A DNA stretch of 64,000 nt from Anthoceros angustus (Eukaryota; Plantae; Anthocerotophyta), in NCBI GenBank assembly GCA_010909165.1, contig MU008190.1, positions 531,166 through 595,165 of the forward strand. Direction: 5' to 3'. Each line of letters opens with the position of its first letter. The stretch's first letter is position 1. The notes below the pieces were generated by a model that worked only from the letters and a program-made list of their open reading frames with translations, had not been told where the DNA came from and did no database searches. The position numbers and the translations under genes were made by a program. This document shows positions 37,769 through 49,984 of this stretch, one piece after another.

Positions 37769-38629
37769 GGAGGGAGCTTGTGAAGTAAAATTATCGTGTC
37801 TTGCGCTCCCATCCTCCCGAGTCCTTCACTTTGTGAATTTCGTGCCGCAAGCCAACGCAGGTCCGTAGAGAGGAGAACGCGGTCGGAGTGGGCGGAGGGC
37901 TTGCTCTTTGCAGCGCCCCTGCGCTCCCGTGAATGGTTCGTGTGAATTGTTTTGCTTTGAGTGTGTGGCGATGCTCAAGGAACTCTCGGCTTGAGGGTAG
38001 ACTGCAGGAAAGACTCGGAGGTTCTCGCTGTCCGGTACAAACCACATAGCAACCGCCCAAGGAAGAACTCGTTAATTTCGGACGGACCCAGCAGCCGTAA
38101 GGGCGAGTTGGAATTAATGAGCCAGCAATTGGTGTTAGAGTAGGAGATTGTGGAGGAAGGAAGGGTAGATGAGTAGAGAAGAAGAGGGCGTTGTTGATTG
38201 AGAGAGTTGTGAGGAGGATTAGAGTGTAGGAAAACTAAGGCCAGAGCCTAAGGGACGAATCCCAAATGCAAGTAAGAGGGCGCTCCTGTGGAGAAGAGTG
38301 TCTTAGGAGTAGGGACGGTTGCGGTGTGGGTCGGGGTCCCCGGCGCCCGTGATAGACACCTTTTGGCAGACGAACCTCAATTGTGTGGTGTCGTTGTAGG
38401 TTGAGGTTTGGTGAGTTTAGCGACGGGCGTAGCTGCTGTAGAGGGAGCGTGAGAGAGGCGCCTTGCTTGTTTAGAAGGCTGAGGTAGTGTGTAGCTGCAG
38501 TAGTGACGGATTCTCAAGATTCGACTGTTCCCAAGTCTCATGGGACGAAACCCAACGTCAAACGACTGGGATAAGTGTGGCCGCTAGAGGGTGCATCTCG
38601 GAGTGCCCTGGATCTGCCTCCCACATTTT

Positions 38630-38647
38630 TGGCGCCGTTGCCGGGGA
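38630..38647 (+). other. Primer-binding site complementary to the tRNA-Asp 3' end
   Basis: TGGCGCCGTTGCCGGGGA, the typical Athila PBS, 4 nt after the LTR CA. Confidence 0.93.
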
Positions 38648-38898
38648 CTTGTGGCTGAACAGCTGAAATTTTGAGATTTTCGTTGCTAGCTTGCAGTATG
38701 AGCTGAGAGGATCTTGTAAGGAGGTGGAGCGGGGGTCTAGGAAGAGGCCTACACGTCCTGGAACCCGTGCGTTGTGAAGGAGGAGCTCCACGCCTCCTGA
38801 ATGGTGTGATTTTGTGTTCCCGCAGCAAGAATGGCGCATGGCGGTTGGCTGATTTTTCTTTAACAACCGTGTTTTGGAGGCTATGAGGATGCTTGCAG

Positions 38899-41560
38899 AT
38901 GTCTAGCAGAGGGAGGGGAGAGGAGAAAACCATAGGAGGTCACCCCACCATTCGCAAGAGATCTAAGAGCTGCAAGAAGAAATCAATGGAGGGAGGAAAA
39001 CGCAGGTGGTTGCACGGCTCCAGAGGAGGAAGAGCTAAGGGCGCTTGAGGAGGAGGCCGTTTTGCCCTTGCCTACAAGGGGAGCCAAGTGATCCAGCGAC
39101 GCTTCGGAGAAGGGACGCCGAAATCACCGACAGTGAAGTAAAGGAGGTGGTTGAAGAGGAGTTGGTTTGTGAAGAGGAAAGCGAGGAAGCACCATTTCGA
39201 GCGCGATTCAAGTTCAGCTACCAGCACTGGGCCTCCTCAACGCTGGACCTTCGAGTGATGGGTCTAGCTCAACCTCTAGCGAACAGTGAAGAAGGAAGGG
39301 TGAGCAGTGGAGAAATTCAGCTCGGTCGAGGATCTTGGAGCGCCTTGATAGGATCACGCCCAGCTCACCATCTTGGGACGAACGCCTAGGGAGACGCCAT
39401 CCCACAGCAGGCCCAAATTTTTGCAACACCCTCGCAGAGAACTTTGGTTGGATAACTTACCGCAGCAAGAATGGCGCATGGCGGTTGGCTGATTTTTCTT
39501 TAACAACCGTGTTTTGGAGGCTATGAGGATGCTTGCAGATGTCTAGCGGAGGGGAGAGGAGAAAACCATAGGAGGTCACCCCACACATTCGCAAGAGATC
39601 TAAGAGCAAGAAGAAATCAATGGAGGAAGCGCGTGGTTGCACGGCTCCGGAGGAGGAAGAGCTAAGGGCGCTTGAGGAGGAGGCCGTTTTGCCCTTGCCT
39701 ACAAGGGGAGCCAAGTGATCCAGCGACGCTTGGAGAAGGGACGTCGAAATCAAGCAAGTAAAGGAGGTGGTTGAAGAGGAGTTGTGTGAAGAGGAAAGCG
39801 AGGAAGCACCATTTCGAGCGATTCAAGTTCAGCTACCAGCACTGGGCCTCCTCAACGCTGGACCTTCGAGTGATGGGTCTAGCTCAACCTCTAGCGAACA
39901 GTGAAGAAGGAAGGGTGAGCGGTGGAGAAATTCAGGCCTTGTCTGAGGATCTTGCGGAGCGCCTTGATAGGATCACTGCCCAGCTCACCATCTTGGGACG
40001 AACGCCTAGGGAGACGCCATCCCACAGTGCCCAAATTTTTGCAACACCCTTTTCGCAGAGAACTTTGGTTGGATAACTTACCGCAGCAAGAGGGGCGCAC
40101 GTCGAGCTCATCCGGACTAGGGATCATGAGTGGAATCGGTGTAGGAGGGCTTGCCACAACCCCACGCCAGAGATGTCAAGTTTGGGGAAAAGAGGAAGGC
40201 GACGCAGGCGCTTTGTGCGCGCACTTTGAGCATGTTCTCATGCTAATCTGGAGGATACGGTCGCCGATCGACTGTGCATCTTTCCTGGGTTGCTGAGAGG
40301 GCATGCCCAGGTGGTACAGTCGAACTTACGGGGCAAGTGCGCCTGTAGATTGGGATTCTTTGGCTGCCTTCAATCGATTTCGGGTCTCGCCACGCCACCA
40401 CACCACGCAAAATTGAGAACTCTCCGTAGGAAGAAGAGGGAGTCCTTGTTTGATTATGTTGAGAGGTTCTATGGCTACCTCGATCGAGTGCAAGTGTCGC
40501 GTGATGCCCGGAAATCCACCCACATCAGGATACTCACAAGAGCAAGCGTTGGACTGGTTTGTGAGTGGACTATCTCGAAAGATGGAGGTACATTGCAGCG
40601 GGGACTAAGACATTGGCGGAGCAATCCGATTAGCGGAGTGGAATCGGTGAGCTAGGAAGGAGGAGGAAAAAGAGGCGGAGTCATAAGAAGAGGAAAGGGT
40701 CTCGGAGGTCTAGCTCTTCCTCTTCTTCTTTCACTTCCAGCTCGTCTTCATCTTCTTCTTTGGAAAGTGAGGAAAGTGGTACCCAGGAGAGCTCTACGTC
40801 GGATGAAGAATCCGAGAAGGCTTATGAACGACGCATGAGGAAGGACTTGGAGAAAGTGAAAAAAAGATAGGAGGAAGCTGAACGCGCGCTGGAGAAGGAG
40901 AGAAAAGGGAAGACGGTCCGACGGATGGAGAAAGGGGAAACGTCCCGCAGGAGGAGGGATTGCAGGGCAAGTGGAGGCTTTGACAAAAAGATTGACAGAA
41001 TTGGAGGTCAAGGCTGTGAAGAATCAAGCTCCACGGAGGTCACCCTCACCTGCAAGACAGTTGGTGTATTGCTCAATTTGTCATCAAACCGGACACACCA
41101 ACCGGGAATGTATCCGAGCACCGCGCATGCTGTGAATCACGTGGAATCTGTCATGCCTGGTGATTATTGGTACGTGGATGAGGCTTACCAAGTGCAGGCA
41201 GTCACTGGAAGTCGCCCGCCTCAATCGATGAGGGCGACTTACCAACTGCACCCCGTGAGGTATGGGTCACGCCTACCTCACCGGGACCATGGAGACCGGA
41301 GCCACAAAGGCCAATGGCAATTCCACCTGGTGCTGTTACAATTGGGACACCTGGTCATTATTCAATGAATGCCCGTAACCTAAACAAATGGGTTATGTAC
41401 CTTTTGTCAAGTATGCAAGGAGTTGGGGCACAAGGTTGGTGACCCAAGGTGTTCAGAGTAGCAAGGGTAGCCTCAGACGCCTGTGGGTGAGGTTCACAGC
41501 TCGCAGGAAGGAACGCCGTCAATTCAAACCGCAATCACGGTGACCACAACGCCGGCGGTT
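38899..41560 (+). pseudogene. gag: Gypsy gag (N-terminal extension, capsid-like core, three CCHC-like knuckles), frameshifted; 38820-39470 is duplicated
   Basis: MSSRG.. start; HFEHVL and ESLFDYVERF core; Ser-rich tract; CSICHQTGH, CYN..PGH and CQVCKELGH motifs at 41070-41450. Confidence 0.8.
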
Positions 41561-41802
41561 TGAAGCGAATTGATTTTCTTGATGAATCCAGCGTGTATTC
41601 AGGGATTGTAGAAGAAGGGTATGAAGGAGAGATGAGTGCAGACGAAGGGCTGTTGGTGGCCAAAGTTACCACCGATCGAGAGAGAAAGACCGAAAATCCG
41701 GAAAGCGCCGTGAACGAGAGGAACGGAAGAAAAGGAAGGTGAGGGACGACTCACCTTGGCCTCCAGACTCGTGGGGTCGGAATTTGGTAGAGGAGGAGGA
41801 AA

Positions 41803-44800
41803 ATGAAGAGGTCCATAAGACGCCTACCGTGGAGATGCTCCTACCATGGTAGGAGGAACGCCACTGGTAGGAGGCGAACCTACCATGGTAGGAGGGGAGG
41901 GAGTGACCCACCCACAAGCGGAAGAGGGGAAGGGTGTTTCCCGACATCGCAGAAGGAAGTGGCGGAAATGTTGGAGGATGAGCTAAGGAGGCTCACCCAA
42001 CATGCGAAGATGGAAGAAGAGGCAGCGGAGCCTGAAATTGACAATCCGCTGATCATGGAGTCCCAGCCAGCTGAAGGGACCAAGAGTGTGAGGAGTTTAC
42101 CAATAAGGTCGGAGCCGACCAGCATCAGGGCTGCAAACGGGGAGGAAACATTGCCAGACAAGATCTCCAGTTTCGCTGATGCATTGCTTGACCGAGAATT
42201 TGTGGTCAGCTTGAGACAATTGCTTGCGGTGAGTCCAAGATCCCGCAAAATTGTGAAGGAAGCGATTAGGGGGATCCCTGAACCCATGGGGACGAGAAGG
42301 AGGCCGGTGGAGGTAAATGTGGTTGAACTTGTTGATTTGGGAGCGCCAGAGATTGAAATTGAGATTGCAGGCTGCTTGGTGCCTAATGTGCCATTAGATT
42401 CGGGTTCTGGAGTCAACTTGATGACAGAGGAGACAGCCCATCGCCTTGGTTTCACCAAGTTTAACCCAATCCGAGTGTTCTTGAGGATGGCAGATCAAAC
42501 AAGGAGGAAACCTTTGGGGGTGCTGAGAAATGTGCCAACCGTGATTGGTGGTCTCACATTCCATCTTACCTACATTGTCATGAGGCCGGTCGATCTAGGC
42601 TACAAGGTTTTGATAGGCGGTTGGTTGTATGGTACCGCTTGTGTCTTTGATTTGTCGCATTACATTTAAGTCATGTAGGGTAGGGCCTGTGAGGGTGTCA
42701 TGGAGCAAGGCACCCTATGAAGGGGAGTCCGCGCTTCAGTCCGATGGGTACACCTCGGGTAGTACGGGGGTGAGCTCTTCGGGCGGTGACCGAGCTTACC
42801 GAGGACCCTCAGTTGAGGTGGCAGCAATAAAATCTGAGTTGGTGTACACCTGCCTACAAGTAGATGGTGTCGTAGAGGAGGAGTCAGAGGACGAGGCACA
42901 TAGAGAAGGAGTAGCCTTCTGGAAGGGTAGAGCCTATGATCGCGATTTCCCCGACGAAGGATCGGGGAATAGTGCAGCCGGAAGGGACTTATGTAGATCA
43001 GAGAGAGGACTTGGAGCTAGAACCCAAGGTGGTCAAGATCTCCGCATCTAGGAGTGGTAGAAAAGAAGAATTTCAGAGGGTCCTTAGAGAATATGTCGAT
43101 GTGTTTGCCTTCAAGATTCGACATGACTTCAAGAATTGGGGATACACCGAATCGATTTGAAGGAGGGCACTCAGGATCAAGCAATACAGGAATCCCAAGT
43201 ATTCTATGGTCGTCAAGGATCACCGACCAATACTTGACTTGTGATTTATCCGGTGCTTACCGAGTGGGTCGCCCCATTGTAATTGTACCTAAAGCAACAG
43301 GGAAGGTACGGGGTGTGTCGATTTCGTGAAGCTTAACGAAGAAGGACCACCACTTGCCTTTCATGGACAGTGCGACACTGGCACGGGCCATGAAATGCGC
43401 TTTCTAGATGGGTACTCGGGTTACAATATTTGAGGAGGGAGGACCAGACAAGACTACGTTCACAACCGATTGGGGCACTTACGCTTATTCCAAGCTACCT
43501 TCGCTTGTGCAACGCCCCGCCACTTTTCGTGGTGAATGCTATCTTCCGAGATTTTCGGAAGTTCATGGAGGTATTTCGGATGATTTTGCGTGTTTGGCGG
43601 AGGAAGGCACCTAGACATTAAGTGCGGCGGAGTCCAACATGAAGCTTCATCCAGGGAAGTGTTATTTTGGCATGACGGAAGGTATTTTGTTGGCACATCG
43701 AGTTTCGAAGAGGATTGCGGTAGATAAGGAGAAGGTGGCGGATGAGATGGACGCACCCGGTGAGGCGTGCCTTTGTAGGACCAGGATATTACAGGAGGTT
43801 CATCAAGGATTTTGCTAAGAAGGCAGCCTTGGCAATTGACCAAGAAGGATACACCTTTCGAATGGACAAGGCAGAGGCTTTTCAGGGTGAGACAGCTGGT
43901 GAGCGCACCCATTACAGCCGATTGGGAGAAACCGTTTCATGTATACGTGGATGTGTCCGCTTATGCCATTGGGACCATCTTAAGCCAGAAGGACGAGAAG
44001 AAACGGGACCATCCGATTTTCTATGCCGGTAGACAGCTCACGGATGCTGAGAAGAACTACTCAACCACAGAGCGAGAGGGTCTTGGTATCATTTACTCCT
44101 GTAAGAAGTTTAGGCACTATCTGCTTGCTTGCAAAGTGACGTTTCATGTTGACCATTTTGCGTTGAAGTACCTTGTGAACAAGCGGTTGTCGTGAAGGAT
44201 TGCCAGGTGGGTACTACTGCTGCAAGAGTTTGATTATGACGTAGAAACTAGGCCGAGCGGCAAATCGATTTCATTTCTCGTCAAACCGGAGAGCGACTTG
44301 AAGCCACAGATGACCGATTTCCTGACGAGGAGTTGGTTGCCACGGCCCGGGTCAAGGGGAGGACGTGAGCATGTTGTGGACGGCCTAAGCTTGATCAGCA
44401 AGCCTTGGCAGAGAGGTCAAATGAGCAAGAAGGAGGCGGAAAGGCGCGCAGGACAACTGGAATCCGAGAGGATAAAAGGGCGCCAGTATGGGCGCGAGGA
44501 GGAGGCTGGAATGCTCCTCAAGGGTGAGCAGTCAGGAGGGCTGCAAGTGGAGGCCAGCCGTTGGCAAAAGAAAGAAGCGGATATGGGAGCGTGGGCAAGC
44601 AAGAAAAGGCGCCCACTTGGCGAGGTCAAGCTGTGCGCCATGGGGCCGAGGAGGAGAAGGCCCTAGGGAGGTAGGTGCAGAGGGCGAGGAAGGAGATGCA
44701 TCCCATGAGAAGCTTGAGCAAAAGCAGGAGAAGAAAATGGCGATTCATGGGAAATCACTCATGAGGTGGCCATGGGGTGCAACAAAGGAGGAGGTCGCCA

Positions 44801-46170
44801 TGGGAGCACGAGCTGGACCTGGACACGAGGCTAGACCAGCAGGAATGGAAGAAATCCGAACGTTGTTGGAGGAGGAGCATGCAAACGGGCTGCAGGCTCA
44901 AAAACTTGCAGCATGGACAAAGCGGGGAGAAACTGGATTTGTGGATGGAACAACGCCGTCTGGGGCTGCTGGTGGGCGAGCTGGCAGGAGGCGACGTGGT
45001 ATGCGTGGAAGGAGGAGATTCGAACGTGAGGGGCGTTCATGCCCAAGATACTTGTTGAATGGTGAGGTACGAAATTTTCTAGAGCATGGAATCATGCCTG
45101 ATGGTTTGTCTAGGGAGGGGCGAGCTGTTTTTCTCCACAAGACAGCCCCTTATTGCCTACGGATGGGGTCTTGTACAAGCTTGGTCCAGACGAAGATTCG
45201 GCGATGTCTCCGGAAATTAGAGAAGGCTGGTCATAAGCTTTACATGCGTAAGAGGCTGGTGGTCATTATTCGACGCAAATCACGTGAAGAAGGTCTTGGA
45301 TGCAGGCTCGTGGGCTACAATGCGAGGGATGTGTGGGAATTTATTAGGAGGTGTGATGCGTGTCGAGGGTTGGAAGGCCCACTTTGTCAACACAAGGGCC
45401 TCTCACCTACATACTACCTTTGGCACCATTTGAGAAGTGGGTATAGATTTTGTAGGTCCAATCAAGCCACCCACACAATGGACAAGGAAGCAATATATCT
45501 TGGTGGCTACGGACTATTGTACAAAGATGGTGGAGGCTGAAGCAACAAGAAAGGACGACGACTGCGGTAAGTTTCTCTTTGAGAACATTATAACGAGGTA
45601 TGGATGTCCTTTGGAGTTGGTCAGTGATAGGGGAACTCATTTCCTCAAGCGAATGGTTTTCAGAAACAATCCCAAAGCGAATGTGATCTTGACCAAGGTA
45701 ATGTGACTCACATGTATGATTGGGACACTAAGCTACATTCGGTGCTATGGGCTGAGACAGCGAAGGTGACAACCAAGAAGACCCCTTATTATTTAACATA
45801 TGGCATGTCTCCGTGATGCCGTGAATTTGAAGTACCTACCTATAGAATCATGGAGGATGAGCATGACTAGAAGATAGCCGTAGCTAGACTAGAGTCTTTC
45901 ATAGAGCATGAGGAACGTGGGAAGATGCTTTAGAAGAAACTCAATTCGTGGAGCTTAGAAAGGATAGGCATGATGGGAAGTTGAGGAAGCAAGAAGCTAT
46001 CATGGCCGGGATTTGGTTCTTCTATATGATAGCCGTATATGGACTTCCTGGAAGCTTAGATTGAGATGGATGGGACCTTATGAGGTGGTGGCAGTATGAG
46101 AATGGATCCGCAACCGTGCCGGATGGGGATTTCGCCAACTAGAGTGAATGGGTGGAAGGTTAAGAAGTAC
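41803..46170 (+). pseudogene. pol: Gypsy pol: protease, RT, RNase H, linker insert, integrase; frameshifted
   Basis: PLDSGSGVN (PR, ~42397); DWGTYAY, CNAP and FMEVF (RT); FHVYVDVSAYAIG..AEKNYSTTEREGL (RH); GIDFVGP, VSDRGTHF and WMGPYEV (IN). Confidence 0.93.
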
Positions 46171-46204
46171 CTTCACCCGAGATCTATTTGCGAGGGCAAA
46201 CAGT

Positions 46205-46215
46205 GAGGAGGGGAG
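46205..46215 (+). other. Polypurine tract GAGGAGGGGAG
   Basis: Separated by TA from the 3' LTR start TGTGGAACGC at 46218. Confidence 0.9.
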
Positions 46216-46416
46216 TATGTGGAACGCAAAAGTTTGGGCAACAAGCTTAAATGAGTTGCTTTGAAACAGCCCACACTCTTTGCTAGAAATGGTTTGGTGA
46301 AGACATGCAAGGAAATTTTTGCTCCTTTTGAGCGGGAGTTGTAGGACCATGTCGGAAGGCAGAGGATATGGGGAAAAGAAACGGGTCAAAACGACCCGGG
46401 TGAGGAGAAAAGGTAA

Positions 46417-46652
46417 CCTACATGAGTGGTAGGAGGTGTCCTACCACCGTAGGAGAAACTCCTACCATGGTGACGGTAGGAGAGATCCTACCACCGTAGG
46501 AGGATGACCACCTAGTGTTTTGATCACCTACCTGTAGGAATAGCTCCTACCATGGTAGGAGAGGGTAGGAAGGTATCCTACCAGAGAAACTCCTACCGTG
46601 GTAGGAGAAAAGGAAACGCCTACCATGGTAGGAGGATGTCCTACCACGGTGG
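46417..46652. repeat. Palindrome array in the 3' LTR
   Basis: Same as 33600-33845. Confidence 0.85.
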
Positions 46653-49600
46653 GAGATAGGTTTCTAAGGAAAGTAGCTTATGTTTTAGGCAGGATAGGCT
46701 TGCTATATATAGAGTCTTTTAGTGGACTAGATAAATAGGCCAAAATAGGTAATTAAGAAATTAGAGGCTAATTTTCAGAATTAGAAATTAGAAAAATAGG
46801 GAAATGGTATTTTAGTATAAGGAATTAGGAAACTAACATCAATGGTGAGAAAGGGCCACGTGGCACACATCCAAGGGCAGGATAGAATGGTAGTTACTTT
46901 TCTAACCCTTGGGTGACTTATAAAAGTGGTGCGGTGCAGAGGCCACAACTCGAAACTTGAGGAGGCTCACGCGGCGCCGCCACACCTCAAGCTTCCCAAG
47001 GCCCCCATACAGCAGCACGCCGCCTGCTGAGGAGGAGAAGGAGGGCGCAAGCTCAGCAAGGAGGCGAAATCCGCCAGCGCCCAAGAGAGGAAGAAGGAGG
47101 AAAAGAGGAAGAAGAGAAGGGAGAAGAAGGTTGGGCAACCCAACACTTGCCAAGCTCGTGAGGGTGCCTAGGAGGGTGGAGCGTGGCAAGATTGCTAGGA
47201 AACCGTGAAGGGCTCCTAAATTGCGTGGCGGTGTAAGAGTCCGTGGGGAATTTTGTTGAGCTTTCTGCAGGAGAAATCGGGGTTTGGGGCGCCAAGGTGT
47301 AAGGACTGAGGAGGAGAGCAAGGGCAAGGACCTTTGAGCTGTGAGCAAGAGCAAATCACGAGGAGGAGGAGAAACGTTTGCAAGGATAAGAAGTCGGCGA
47401 GCTGCAGGAATTGCGAGAGGCATCACTTTTCTTCAATTTCGTGCAAGTACTAACCAAGGAGGCCATGACCAAGCCTACCATGACCAAGGGCAAGGAGGTA
47501 TCAGCCAAGGAAGGAGCGTCCACCAAGGGGGGTGGCGTAGGAGCAGGCAAGAAGTCTAAGGCGGGAGGATCAGACCTCGGAGGGTGGAAATTTGACATGC
47601 CATTATTTACGTGCTATGTAGGCCAGCTGTCCTCTAGAGACCTTTCAGACTTTCGACCTTGGGCAGCAGAGGAGAATATTCAGCTAGAGTGGGTGTATGG
47701 GCGACATTGGTCTTACACCAACCTTGAATTGATAGAGAGTGTTTTGCTAATTTGCAGCAGACGGAAGAGGAATTGGCCGCCTTACCGGATAAACGCCGGA
47801 CGGATCCACGGTGTTGGACGTGAGGAGCATACGCCGTATATGGCGGGCGGATAGGATAGCGGAATCACGTTGATGGAAGGAACGAGCGGAGGCAAGCGTG
47901 CATCAACGGCGGATCTTCCCAAGGGAGCCCTTACACTTATGCAAGGGGCATGAAGGCTAAGTCTAAGAACGGTTGGCGACGGACCAAATCTTGGAGCCCA
48001 AGTGGAGATTGTTCACAAGAATTGTTTTGGGCTTGGTGAGCAATCCAAGGGTGTCATATTTCAGCACTACCTTCCTCCATTTTCTATGGAAGATCACTCA
48101 AGGAGCGAAGCCGGATTGGGGCTCATCATGTATGAAGCATACACCTACCACCGGAGAAGTTCAAACCGCGTCGGATGAAGATGTCAGGCCATGCTATCTT
48201 AGCACTTATCTAGTGCATTTGTGGGAAGTAGAGGGCTACTCACAAGTAAGGAGTTGGATGATTCCAAGCATCCCTTTAACATTGTGTACTTACGCCGTGA
48301 GAGAGACAGGAGTGCTTGGTGCTTTGCTAAAGGAGGTGCAGCCACCGACATTATTCGGAAGGAATCCCTTCGAAAGATAGGCCAGAGGATGTGCAGGAGG
48401 ACTTGCAAGGAGAAGTTGTAGGGGATTTGAAGTTTGGACCGCGGAGGATGCGGAGATGGAAGGTAGGATAGATCCTACCATGGCAGGAATCCCGCCTACA
48501 AGGGTGGGAGGTGTTCCCACAGTGGTTTGGGACCCCTCTCGCCCTCTCATGACAAGGCCTACAGTGGCAGGAATTAGTCCTACCACGGTAGGAAGTAGTC
48601 CTACGGTGGTAGGAGCACCTCCTACCACGGTAGGAGGGAAAGGAAGTCACGGTTTGGAAGCTCCCAAGAGGGAGATAAGAAGGCAACCGGCCCGTTAGGT
48701 GGGCGAGCGGATGGAGTCACGGTGGGAGGAGTTGCCCCAAGTGATGAGCGGGAGCTCATCATAGGGAAGCAAGGGATGTAAGATCCCATGAGCAAGGCAA
48801 AGGCCTTGAGTCTCCCGGAGGTAAGAAAGGAGACTTAGACATGTTGGAGGAGATGCTGCGCATAGGGAGATGTTCAAGGTAGACGTAGGAGCCGCCAAGA
48901 GGAGAGTTGAATTCTTGAAGACGGAGGCGAGAAGACAAGGACCTACCAAGCAAGGGAAATTGCGGGTAGGCGGAAACCCAGTGGCAGGAGGATGTTATGA
49001 GGATGGAGCACTTGGAAAAGAGTCTTGAAACAAGGCTACAGGAGGCAAACAATCATATTCGGAGAACAAGGCTCTTACCAAGCAATTGGCAGCTCGAGAG
49101 GAGAAGGTGGAGCAACTTGCTCACATGGTGCGCACATGGGAAAAGAAGGCGAAGACAAGCAAGTGCTAATGGAGGAAAGGTCAAGACGAGCAATCTCTGC
49201 AGCAATGAGGACAGACAAAGGCAAGTAGGCGCACATGAGCGGGTCATAGCCACAGTGTGAAGATTAGTGACATGGAAAAGGAGCTGGGAGAAATCCGAGG
49301 CTGGAATTGAAGGAAGAAGAGCTGGAAGAACGGACACATTTTGTCCAAAGATTGGAAATGGAGCGAGAAGTCCAAAGAACGGAGAATGCACAACTCCCTA
49401 GGAGGATAGGGAGTTGGAGGAAGAAATGGCAAAGGAGAAAGGCCGTCATGAGGCGGTGGTGCAGCATATGTTGGCGGTGAGGAGGCGAGATTTGGCTGAT
49501 TATGCCCTACAAGAGAGATTGATCCGCCAACCGTAATGAGAGGACGGAGAATGTGGCTCTCCATGTCAAGGCGGTGAGCTGGCCTTGGAGCGAGATGCTT

Positions 49601-49760
49601 ACAAAAGCAAGTGTGAGCATGGAGTATGGCTTGAGGATTACGAAGAATTGGAGATGGCACAACAACGATTTGCAGCCCATCTTCACAACAAGGTACTCAA
49701 GGCCACTAACGAGTTGTTACGACTTGCTGAAAGGAGAATGCTGGGACCTCATGACGATGA

Positions 49761-49984
49761 TGATGAGAATCATACACAAGCTCTAGCAATATGTGTTGCA
49801 TTACATTCATAATAGAAAGTACATGCCTTTATGTAGGCAAGGTAGTTGTAACCAATAAGTGGTTGTAACAACTAACCAATTAAATAACTACTAAAAGAAA
49901 CTACCTAGAGCCCTAAGGACTAAATTAATTATTAAGTCCTAGGTGCCCTAGTGAAGAGTGCCCTAATAGTAAGCTATTTTATCA
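49761..49984 (-). repeat. Copia B 3' LTR (224 bp), with PPT AGTGAGTGGGAG at 49985-49996
   Basis: tgatgagaatc...tattttatca; matches 56644-56870. Confidence 0.93.

Larger units (their letters stand above)
33395..38625 (+). repeat. Gypsy 5' LTR (5231 bp)
   Basis: Starts right after the TSD, ends just before the PBS, and is repeated from 46218. Confidence 0.93.

Noticed and set aside
37590-38625. A conventional ~1-kb LTR with the extra ORF located internally
   Set aside because: No PPT or TSD at that boundary. The PPT (46205, 11727) and TSD (33390/59494) both place the LTR start at TGTGGAACGC, 5.2 kb before the PBS.
44260-44400. Recombination junction with a duplicated RNase H end (REHVVDGL motif)
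   Set aside because: The normal ..DFISR..DDRFPDEEL continuation is present, so the block is a shared linker insert, not a crossover.
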